A DNA stretch of 63,283 bases, the filler included, from Craspedostauros australis (taxonomy: Eukaryota): the NCBI GenBank assembly GCA_030167865.1. It is 9 parts of 9 records of this genome, joined end to end, with 100 filler letters (N's around TTAATTAATTAA, not from the genome) between each part and the next. Parts side by side here need not be neighbours in the genome. Positions count along the whole stretch, not along the records: positions 1 to 4,158 come from JALAGF010004351.1; positions 4,259 to 10,651 come from JALAGF010004352.1; positions 10,752 to 23,187 come from JALAGF010004353.1; 6 more parts are not named here. One strand, written 5' to 3'. The notes under the pieces were generated by a model that had not been told where the DNA came from, did not search any database, and saw nothing but the letters and a program-made list of their open reading frames with translations. Positions 1 through 11,096 of this stretch are shown piece by piece. A program made the translations under genes and the position numbers. Numbering within the stretch: position 1 is the first letter of the stretch; every line of letters starts with the position of its first letter.

Positions 1-1282
1 AAGCGTGCGCACATGAATGGAATCACCAAACATCCTTTGGTTTGGCGTGCCAGTGCTGGTGTCGGTAACGACAATGAGGCGCTTGGTGTAGAACGAAGAA
101 GATGAACTATCCTCAACTATGGAGACATCGTTTGTCACAAGCAACATGTTGGCATGATGACAAGGGTCAGCACAACGTCCATGTCTGTTGTCCTTGACAG
201 CATCAGGCACGGCCATTTGTATCCATTCGACTCGTTTGAACAAGAAAGATGACTGTTGGAACCACGAATGCAGGCTATCTAGGAGTTCTCACAATCATCG
301 TTGATAGCGTCACGTTTGTGAACAATGATGGACATGAGGATTTCTCAGCACTTCGCGCTGTCATCCGAAGACGATCGAACATCTCCAGAACAGTCGATGC
401 AGTAACGCAGGCAGGGCAGCAGCATTCCTGAGGCACATTTGTGGTCCAGACACTACTCTAGAATAGAAAAGATTATGTGAACGCGTTCTCCAGTGGCCAG
501 GTGATCCAGAAAATCGAGAGTGTCGATCTGAGTGCGAACGTTTCGTTGAGAACTGTGAGGCAGCTCCTTCTCGCTTCACATGAACTGGTTGATCCTCTCC
601 GATCGTAGCGGACATGTATTCGCGCTCGCCATACTCACAGCGCATCCAAGTTCACCTCTGCCATGATCTTGTGGGCGGCAGCCACGCACATTCGAGTGTC
701 TGCTGTGTGCTTGGTGGTTCTTCGTCTTGGATGTCGCATCTTTCTATCTCCATGGCTCGTGCTGACGCTGCTCGTATCTGCGCCGTCCACGCTGCTTCTG
801 TCGACGAGGTTCGGGTACTTTTGCAACAGCTGCTCCACCTTTGCCTTCGCCCCCCATTCGTTGTACAGAGAGATAGCATTTCTCAGATGCTCTCGTGGCC
901 AAAATAGATCCGTTTCGTCTTCCAACGTGCTCCCAAACTCGTAGGTGGAGCTGCCGCCGCCGTTGGTTGAAAACATGCTGCTGGTGCCGAGCAGGGGGTT
1001 GCCCATGGTGCTCGCACTGAGACGCATTGACCCCCCTCTGGTAATTGGCGAAGGTGATTTTGTGAGGAAGTACTCAGCAGTAAGTTCATTCGCCAACGCC
1101 GTTTCGTGGATGTAGCCAGAGCGGGCAGCGGTTGATATGGCCTTGTCGTATGCTGCCTTCACAGAATCTTCCGACTCCTTTCCCGATGCTGCCATCAGGT
1201 CCGCTTGCATGAGCAGGTATCGGTGGAGGTTGTTGCCACCCCTCAGTTCGATGGTCGCTTTCAAACCGTCGCAGAACTGCTG
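1..1282. repeat. Segment identical to 4259-5540 (3' end and downstream flank of the ATPase genes)
   Basis: Direct comparison at offset 4258; first mismatch seen at 1283/5541; ORF-track entries are identical. Confidence 0.9.
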
Positions 1283-4158
1283 TGCCTTGCGGAGGAGCTG
1301 CTTCCGCTTCCGCTTCTTCTTCGTGCGTTGAGCCGACCTGGACATGATGAGTCCGCTGCAAAAGAGCCTCACGGAGACTATAATGAATGCGTTGTGAGAC
1401 TTGGTCAGTTGATGTAGAGGTTCGATGTAACTGCATCCAGCCTCGAGATCGCCAAAGTACACTGCCAGCATGATCCGGCTGCAGTAATAGTATGCCCAGC
1501 TGACGTAGTTCCACAGCTTGATTTCCTTCACGGGGATGACATCGAATGATTCTTTCCACCCTTTCTCTGGTTGAGTTGCGACTGTCGATGGTATGCCCAT
1601 CAGTGTCTCCGCCATATCTTGCCACGGCGAGAAGGTGTCGAATGTTGCTTGGAGACCATAATGTTCAACCTGCGTGATGGCCGTTCTCCCCGTCTTCTGC
1701 AGGTCGACGAGAGGGAGACCACTCAGCTGGGCATGCATCAGGCTGCCCACCCAGCATCGATATGCCACATCTACATTTCCACTTTCCATCCCAGCCTGCT
1801 GACCTCTTCGGTAATGTTCCATGCAAACATGGACAGGTTCCTTCCATGCTGTCACGAAGTGTGTCATGGTGATGTAGTACACGCAGACTACATCCTTGGA
1901 AGGCACTAGATCGATGATTTGGCGTGAGAGTGCACATAGTCTTCTCGAGAGCTCCGGATTCTTGAAGACACTTGCCGCAATTGAGCCGGTTGTGCCAAGC
2001 GCATAAGCACCCTCGGCACATAGACCGTACTTGAGCATCAGCCTGGTCTGTCGGACCATGGCCAGCATCATGGTACCCTTGCACCCAGCATGAAATGCCA
2101 CATCGATGAAGAAGAACAGGATCTTCATTGTCATTTTGATCTTGGGGTCGGTCATGATGGGAAGGTCTAGAACCTCCTCGTCTGTGTGCTTCGCGAAGTA
2201 CTTTTTGATCTTGCCAAAGTCCCTCAATGCCAGGAATAGATGGTTCCTCATGGGGAACGCACCGAGCATCTTGAGCGATTGGAGGTCTAACTTCATGGCT
2301 TCTCTCGATCTTTCCAAGCGGCACAGCGCCATCACCAACGACGAGTTGACTCGGATGACGCTCTCAGTAGAATCGCCTGAGTTGTCGATAACTGTTTGGC
2401 ATAGGATTGATCCCTTGTCGTAGTTTCCTAGGATCAGCTCAACTTCCGACAGCCTTCGGTAGACCTCGATGCATAGATCGTGATGCGTCTTCCATGGATC
2501 AGCAATTCGGATCTCGAGATTCGTCAGTGCCCGGTTCAAGTACTTTGCCGCCGGGACGAAGGCAGCAACGGCAATGGCGAGCTGCCCGACCTTGAGATTC
2601 AGCCTGACCAGGTCGATTGCCGGGATGACGTTCTCGGACACTGCGAGCGATGATACGTTCTCCAGATGATCCGCGGCGACGAACCACATCCAATCCTCGC
2701 CCAGCGAAGGATCGGATGCGATGTCGATGAGGTGCATTCCAACGCGATACTTCATTTGGTTGAGCTCGTCACCTGGAGGAGTCAATGAGAAGGCCGCCTG
2801 CTGGATTCGATCATGAACAAAACGGAACGTCGCGCCAGAGCCGACCACGCTTTGGCTCGGGCTTGCGTTCACTTCGATTCTCTCCAGAAGCTCTTCCGTG
2901 ACTGCCAGATCCAATGCCTCACCGACACTCATCTCGGCCAATGAGAGATTGCACCTTGCGCTCTCTCCACCAGCACGCTGCTGCTGTTGCTCTTCGATCT
3001 CCCGACCCATCAGCGTCTCCAACAACGACTGACGGAACGTTGATCGAAGAAACGAGGCCATTTGCAAGCACTTCTGCAGATCCTCTGGCAGCGAATGCAG
3101 CTTCGATGTGATCAGATCAACCACGTTGGCGGCCATGTCGATCTCATCTGCTGCGCGCTGCTCATCCCACTCCCACTGTAGCGTATGAATGTTGCGGATC
3201 AGCACCTTGCGACGGCGCAACCCTTCCAGCGCCTGCATCGTGTAGAGCACATTGCCTTTGGTCTTGTCATGGAGCAACTTGGCGAGCGGCGTTGTTTTTA
3301 TTGTATCCAACCGAAGTGACGATGCGAGAAGCTCCGCAGTTTGGGTGACCGTGAGATCGTCGAGTGGGATGTCATGGATGGTCTTTCCGTTGCTCTTCCA
3401 TTGTGCGACGGCGGTGGTGAGCTGGTGCTTAGGATCGCTGTGTACCTCGTTGGATCGATATGACCCGATGATGAGAAGGTTGCGGATGGACGGATCGAGG
3501 AGGATCTCCGTGATGAGTTTGAGAGATCGCTCATCGATCCATTGGAGATCTAGTTATAGAATGTGAAGGTGCGTATGAGTGCAATACGAGAAGGGGAGAA
3601 TGAGATGGTCTTGTGCAGTGGCGTACAACGTGATGTGCACATGGAGGTGCAGATAAGCCATACTGTACTGTTCATCCGATGCAGAATAGACAAACACTGG
3701 CACGACGGCATCCCTTTCACTCACCATCCAGATACAGCACGAGCGGATGACCATCCGTGCAGATGGCTTTCAGGGTCGCCTTGATGCCGTACACCAGCTG
3801 AGCCCATTCCCGAGCCTTAGGTCCGAAGTTGCCCTTGTCCTCATCTCTCAACGGATCGATGATGTCGCATGAGCGAGCACGCACCGATTCATCATCGATG
3901 GGTTGACGCGCGCTGTGTGCATCACCTTCTGCAAACGGCGTATCGGATTGGCTATTCTGCACCGTTTGCGTGCGTGCTGCACCGCTCGCATCATCACCCG
4001 TCCTTTCACCAGTCTTGCCGAGTTTGTGCTCCATCAGCAGCATCGATAGACCTGGAATAACTCTGCACACCATACCCTGTCGTGAGCTATCCATCCTGCT
4101 GGAGATCTTCCTCCGGATGCGTTCGCACTCGGCATCATCGGCATGCGCAAGGATCTGT
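635..4158 (-). CDS. STAND/AAA_16 (COG3899-like) ATPase with C-terminal helical-repeat region, paralogue A; 5'-truncated by contig end; exons 3725-4158 and 635-3549
   Basis: Splicing the GT-AG intron 3550-3724 rebuilds Walker B LYLD|DLQW. Other motifs: IGSYRSNEV, KTKGNVLY, FRFVHDRIQQAA, YNEWGAKAKV. The ORF-track start at 3310 is an internal TTG. Confidence 0.85.
3550..3724 (-). other. Spliceosomal intron (175 nt, phase 1) inside Walker B
   Basis: GTGAGT donor and TAG acceptor; removal joins the two reading frames; same position in paralogue B. Confidence 0.85.
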
Positions 4159-4258
4159 NNNNNNNNNNNNNNNNNNNNNNNNNNNNNNNNNNNNNNNNNN
4201 NNTTAATTAATTAANNNNNNNNNNNNNNNNNNNNNNNNNNNNNNNNNNNNNNNNNNNN
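4159..4258. other. Artificial contig spacer (also 10652-10751, 23188-23287, 26444-26543, 36494-36593, 48005-48104, 50637-50736, 55026-55125)
   Basis: N44-TTAATTAATTAA-N44, giving stops in all six frames, repeated eight times. Confidence 0.98.
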
Positions 4259-4892
4259 AAGCGTGCGCACATGAATGGAATCACCAAACATCCTTTGGTT
4301 TGGCGTGCCAGTGCTGGTGTCGGTAACGACAATGAGGCGCTTGGTGTAGAACGAAGAAGATGAACTATCCTCAACTATGGAGACATCGTTTGTCACAAGC
4401 AACATGTTGGCATGATGACAAGGGTCAGCACAACGTCCATGTCTGTTGTCCTTGACAGCATCAGGCACGGCCATTTGTATCCATTCGACTCGTTTGAACA
4501 AGAAAGATGACTGTTGGAACCACGAATGCAGGCTATCTAGGAGTTCTCACAATCATCGTTGATAGCGTCACGTTTGTGAACAATGATGGACATGAGGATT
4601 TCTCAGCACTTCGCGCTGTCATCCGAAGACGATCGAACATCTCCAGAACAGTCGATGCAGTAACGCAGGCAGGGCAGCAGCATTCCTGAGGCACATTTGT
4701 GGTCCAGACACTACTCTAGAATAGAAAAGATTATGTGAACGCGTTCTCCAGTGGCCAGGTGATCCAGAAAATCGAGAGTGTCGATCTGAGTGCGAACGTT
4801 TCGTTGAGAACTGTGAGGCAGCTCCTTCTCGCTTCACATGAACTGGTTGATCCTCTCCGATCGTAGCGGACATGTATTCGCGCTCGCCATAC

Positions 4893-7800
4893 TCACAGCG
4901 CATCCAAGTTCACCTCTGCCATGATCTTGTGGGCGGCAGCCACGCACATTCGAGTGTCTGCTGTGTGCTTGGTGGTTCTTCGTCTTGGATGTCGCATCTT
5001 TCTATCTCCATGGCTCGTGCTGACGCTGCTCGTATCTGCGCCGTCCACGCTGCTTCTGTCGACGAGGTTCGGGTACTTTTGCAACAGCTGCTCCACCTTT
5101 GCCTTCGCCCCCCATTCGTTGTACAGAGAGATAGCATTTCTCAGATGCTCTCGTGGCCAAAATAGATCCGTTTCGTCTTCCAACGTGCTCCCAAACTCGT
5201 AGGTGGAGCTGCCGCCGCCGTTGGTTGAAAACATGCTGCTGGTGCCGAGCAGGGGGTTGCCCATGGTGCTCGCACTGAGACGCATTGACCCCCCTCTGGT
5301 AATTGGCGAAGGTGATTTTGTGAGGAAGTACTCAGCAGTAAGTTCATTCGCCAACGCCGTTTCGTGGATGTAGCCAGAGCGGGCAGCGGTTGATATGGCC
5401 TTGTCGTATGCTGCCTTCACAGAATCTTCCGACTCCTTTCCCGATGCTGCCATCAGGTCCGCTTGCATGAGCAGGTATCGGTGGAGGTTGTTGCCACCCC
5501 TCAGTTCGATGGTCGCTTTCAAACCGTCGCAGAACTGCTGCGCCTTGCGGCGGAGCTGATTCCGCTTCCGCTTCTTCTTCGTGCGTTGAGCCAACCTAGA
5601 AATGATGAGTCCGCTGCAAAAGAGCCTCACGGAGACCACAATGAATGCGTTGTTGGCTTTGGTCAGTTGATGTAGAGGTTCGATGTAACCGCATCCAGCC
5701 TCGAGATCGCCGAAGTACACTGCCAGCATGATCCGGCTGCAGTAATAATATGTCCAGCTGACGTAGTTCCATAGCTTGATTTCCTTCAATGGCATGGTAT
5801 CGAACGATGCTTTCCAACCCTTCTCTGGATATGTCGCGACGGTCGATGGTATGCCCATCAGAGTTTCCGCCATATCTTGCCACGGCGAGAAGGTGTCGAA
5901 TGTTGCTTGGAGACCATAGTGCCTCAGCTGCGCGTTGCAGGTCTTGCCCGTCTTTTGCAGTTGGACGAGAGGCAGGCCGCACAGCTGGGCATGCATCAGA
6001 CTGCCCACCCAGCATCGATATGCCACTTCAACATTTCCAGTCTCCATCCCAGCCTGCTGACCTCGTCGATAGTGGTCCAAGCAAACATGTACAGGTTCCT
6101 TCCATGCTGTCACGAAGTGCGTCATAGTGACAAAGTAGATGCAGATCACCGATTTCGATGGCACAAGACCCATGACGTCATTCGAAAGTGCACATAATCT
6201 CCTCGACAGGTCGGGATTCTTGAAGACGCTCACGGCAATGGAACCCGTTGCACCAAGTGCATACGCACCCTCGGCACATAGGCCATACTTCAGCATCAGC
6301 CTGGTCTGTCGGACCATGGCCAGCATCATGGTGCCCTTGCAACCTGCGTGATATGCCACATCGATGAAGAAGAACAGGATCTTCATGGTCATTTTGATCT
6401 TGGGGTCGGTCATGATGGGGAGGTCCAGAACCTCGTCATCTGTATGCTTCGCGAAGTACTTCTTGATCTTGCCAAAGTCCCTCAATGCCAGGAACAGATG
6501 ATTCCTCATGGGGAATGTCCCGAGCATCTTCAATGATCGGAGATCCAAGTTCATGGCTTCTCTCGATCTTTCCAAGCGGCACAGCGCCATCACCAACGAC
6601 GAGTTGACCTGGATGACACTCTCGATGGAATCGCCTGAGTTTTCGATGACGTCATGGCTTAACATGGAACCTTGTTCGTAGTTTCCAAGTGTCAGTTCAA
6701 CTTCCGACAGCCTCCGGTAGACCTCAATGCATAGATCGTGATGGGTCTTCCATGGATCAGCAATTCGGATCTCGAGATTCGTCAGTGCCCGGTTCAGGTA
6801 CTTTGCTGCCGGGACGAAGGCAGCAACGGTGATGGCGAGCTGCCCGACCTTGAGATTCAGATTGACGAGGTCGATTGCCGGGATGACGTTCTCGGACACT
6901 GCGAGCGAGGATACGTTCTCCAGATGATCCGCGGCGACGAACCACATCCAGTCTTCACCCAACGAGGGATCGGATGCGATGTCGATGAGATGCTTTCCAA
7001 CGCGATATTTCATTTGGTTGAGCTCGTCACCCGGAGGAGTCAACGAGAAGGCCGCCTGTTGAATCCGGTCATGTGAGAAGCGAAATGTTGCGTTTGTCTT
7101 CTGTGCGTGATCGACGTTATCTCCCGTGTTGCTTTTCCCTGTTTGCGCATAGGAGACAGCACTGAGTTGTTTGTTGGATCCATCGATATCCGTGCTCAAA
7201 GTGTTGGAACTGTATTTGCTGGTGTCGTCCAGGTCGCTATCAGTGATGCCGTCGAGTCTCTGTAGGAGTTCCTCTTCCACCGCCAGGCCTAGCACGGTAT
7301 CGATACTCATCTCAAGTGACAGCGACATATTTCCTGGATTAGAACCACCTCGCTGCACATGTTGCATTTCGCGTTCGATCAACGTCGCCAGCACTGATTG
7401 GCGAAATGTCGATCGCAGAAAGGACGCCATCTGCAAGCAAACTTGGAGGTCCTTCGGTAGTGATTGCAACTTGGAAGTGAAGAGGTCAACGACATTCGCT
7501 GCCATTTCAATTTCATTCGCTGTTCGCTGTTCATCCCATTCCCATCTCAGAGTGTGGATATTGCGCCTCAAGATATTGCGGCGATGCAATCTCTCCAAAC
7601 TTTGAATTGTGTACAACACGTTGCCTTTAGTCTTTTCGTGGAGCGCCTTGGCGAGAGGGGCCGTCCTGAGGGTATCCAGTGCGAGAGAAGAAGCCAAGAA
7701 TTCTCCAGTTTGCGTCACTGTGAGATCTTTGAGCGGTATGTCATGGATGGTCTTTCCGTTGCTTTTCCACTGTGAGATGGAAGTGGTAAGTTGATGCTGA

Positions 7801-9334
7801 GGATCGTTGTGTACTTCGTTGGAACGGTATGATCCGATGATGAGTAGGTTGCGGATGGATGGGTCGAGGAGGATCTCAGTGATGAGTTTGAGAGAGCGTT
7901 CGTCGACCCATTGGAGATCTGTTCGTGTGATTGGAGGTGTGCAGATTCGAAAGATTGGGAATGAGAGAGCAGCGCAAGCGTGATTCAGTGAGATGATACT
8001 GTGCAGAGTGTCATGGGCAGACAGGTATTGGGCCGTTGAGCAAACGAAGCACAGCAGATGGATGCTACTTTTTCTCTCCACTCACCATCCAGATAGAGCA
8101 CAAGCGGACGATCATCCGTGCAAATTGCCTTGAGGATAATCTTGAAACTGTACACTAGCTGGGCCCATTCTCTGGCTTTGGGCCCGATGTCGTGTTTTTC
8201 CTCAGTATCGGCGGTATCTGGCGCATCGGGCGGTGTGGCGTAGCCCTGCATATCATCGTCAGACGCTTCGGCGCTCTTCATGTCGTCGCCCGAATGCAAT
8301 TCCCTCCGATGGTCGGCATCGTTGTCGCGAGGGCTGGGAGCATGTGCCTCTGTGCTCGTACTTGCAGGTTGTTCTTCCGTGCTTCGGATATCTTTCTCCA
8401 TCAGTGCCAAGAGCCCCGGAATGACCCTGCATGCAAGCCCGCGGCGTGTCGCGTCCATCCTGCTGCAGATCTTCGATTTGATTCGCTGGCATTCAATGTC
8501 GTCACCAGATGTCACGATTTGGTGGAAGAAGTGCGATAAGGCATCAACGATGGCCGACAGATTTCCGCCCGTGCTGTATTGATCGTACTTTCCCTTTCCG
8601 AAATAGCATGGATGTGAATCAGCTCGTCTCTTTTTTGGCCCTGCGCGAGCCCCACACTGCTTCATCATTGAGGCATCATGGCTTTTTGCAGAGTGTGCGC
8701 TGGAAGAACCATCCATTGATTGTGATATTGGCGCGGATGATGACGTGGATGGCGATGGCATTGACGACGGCGATGTTACATCCTCCTCCGCCACGTTCAG
8801 TCTAGCCAAGAAACGATCCACCAGCGCTGACTTTCCTGTCCCGGAGTAACCATGGATGAGAACCACCTGCGCATCCTTGTTGGCGTCGTCACTCGTTGCT
8901 CTTGTCAGCGGTTTGCGGCACATGCGGCCGTAGATGGAGTTCAATCGTTCCAGCTCGTCTTCGCGTCCCACGAAGGTGGCGAAGCGAAGATGATCCCATC
9001 GTTCGCCGTCATCGCCATTCTCGGCGACAGTGTGGTGACTGCTGTGGCCCAACACGACTTCAAACGTGCCAGGTCGTCCACCATCATGCTCGTCGTGCTC
9101 GTCATCGGTCACGTCGTAGATGCTGTCCTTCGATTCGTCGGTCAGGTTGGTCTTGTGTTCGGAGAATGAGAGGGTGCGATCGCCAGCGGTGCCATTGGCG
9201 CTCGCTGAATCCGTTGCGCTTTGCAACGCGCGGCCGTACAATGCCTTTGCTTGAAAGGACGCGGCAACGGACCGGCTGTGATCAACGTCGGACGACGGGA
9301 CAGCGAGAGTGACGGAGGATCGTGTCTTTCCCAT
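4893..9334 (-). CDS. STAND/AAA_16 (COG3899-like) ATPase, paralogue B, apparently complete; exons 8086-9334 and 4893-7918 (start codon tentative)
   Basis: FVGREDELERL, Walker A HGYSGTGKS, GKGKYDQY, Walker B LYLD|DLQW across intron 7919-8085, FRFSHDRIQQAA, long helical tail. Confidence 0.88.
7919..8085 (-). other. Spliceosomal intron (167 nt, phase 1) inside Walker B
   Basis: GTGAGT...CAG; removal fuses ORFs 7985-9697 and 4893-8081. Confidence 0.88.
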
Positions 9335-11096
9335 GGTGAGGAACGCAGGCTGAGCAAGTGATTGAATGAGGTCAACAATTGGCGTTGAGACGCTCCACTG
9401 ATACTCTATGATCACTTCTCCCCTCCCTCCTTTGATTGCGTTGGCTCTCGGGACAAGACGTGAGCGCAGATTCCAAACCGATTGCGCCACAATGCGATGG
9501 TTTTCGTTCGCGTCCGCTCTGAGCGACGGATGTGTGATGAACTTGTAAACGCTCGTTCGTGCTTGTTCGTGATTTGTCTGCTGTTGTGGTTCTGTTGTCA
9601 CGTGATGGTGTTCATTGTGATTCTCGCTGGAGGAGTTGAGGTAAACGCAGGCGAAGACCTTCTTGTCGCAGAAAAGCCACCTGGTCGAACTGGTCACAGA
9701 CTAAATTAGTGCTTTGGGGCAGCCCTTCATCAGACTTGCACGATTCTCGCCATTTCCTATGTGCGGGTGCCTTCTTCGCGTTCTTGGCTGCCACCTCCAC
9801 CGTTTCCGTGGCGCTGTGTGTTTGTCTTGTGCCATTTTTTGTGCTGCTTTCGCTGCTCAGCCTTCTCGATTGGATTCGCGTCCATATTCCTGATCTACGT
9901 TCGTTCCTTCACATATTGAATGGCACACGGTAGTCTGCGCGATCTCCACCCTTCATCTCTCTCTGTCTCGTTAGCTGCTGCGTTTCTGTCCCAGTCTTCA
10001 CATACTACTTGTTTTCCCTCGCGCTCGATTTGCAAATATCTTCCTCCCTCTTGTAGTGGACCAAACATGTTTATTATGGTTGATTCGTGTCAGGTACGGC
10101 TCTTCCTTGCGCCGCTCTGTAGCCCTCTTATTCGCTTTTCCATCCTTTCTCTGTGGTGGTCCTTTTTCCTTCTTGTGTCCTGTCCGCTCCATGGTTGATC
10201 CCTGCATTCTTTACCTCACGCTTTGTTTGGCGGTGTTCATTCTGCGCCACATCTGCCAAGTGGTCGCAACTTGTCCATTCCACTCTTTGCAGCCCATGGC
10301 TATGACTACATCTCGGTCAAGCACTAGGCGTAGTTCCCCCTGTCCCACAGACCGACATCGTCACCAGCCGCGCTGGTGGCACTGTTGTTGTCGGTTTGGA
10401 TGTCATCTGTGTGTTCGTCTCTCCATCCTTCCGTCCATCCAGTCATTCTTTGATGTCTCCCGTCCTCCGTCCCACATCGCCAGCCTGTTCTTCTGTCTCT
10501 ACAAAGTTCTATCCCTCTGCAGCAAAATATCTCTTCACCTACGCACACAAATCTCGCCACATTCATGGTGTTGCGATTTGCACATTCCTCTCCTCTGTCA
10601 TCCACTTCAGTGACCCGCATGTGTTGTTCCTGTTGCTATTGTTACCTTTTGNNNNNNNNNNNNNNNNNNNNNNNNNNNNNNNNNNNNNNNNNNNNTTAAT
10701 TAATTAANNNNNNNNNNNNNNNNNNNNNNNNNNNNNNNNNNNNNNNNNNNNGAATTGAAATCTAACAGATTAACAGTCGCAATCACTCTGCAACCTGCGT
10801 TGACTGCGTGAACAGAAATCAATCGAGACCTTGTGCTGCTTCATTGCATCACAGAATCATCAGACAGCCCTGCGTGACGACGTGGAGTTGAAATCACATT
10901 GTGTCACAGCCATCGCTGCGCAATAATCGAGGCCATCAGGCCAAGTGCACTCACATCACCACTCCAGACGAAACGTCAGTGATCCCATCCATCTATTCCA
11001 TACACCGAAACACATCACTCAAGACATCGAAGTCAGTGATCCAATCAAGATAATCCATCCGAACCAGAACAAACAGAACCACCCAACAATTCCATC

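Noticed and set aside
9335..9697. N-terminal extension of ORF 7985-9697 and the MERKSS start of ORF 4893-8081
   Set aside because: Both use non-ATG starts; the second lies at the intron donor and translates intron sequence.
9900..10651. Pyrimidine-rich plus-strand region with AG/GT sites suggesting small exons (10057-10093 and from 10293)
   Set aside because: No coherent spliced ORF could be built; would need RNA-seq.
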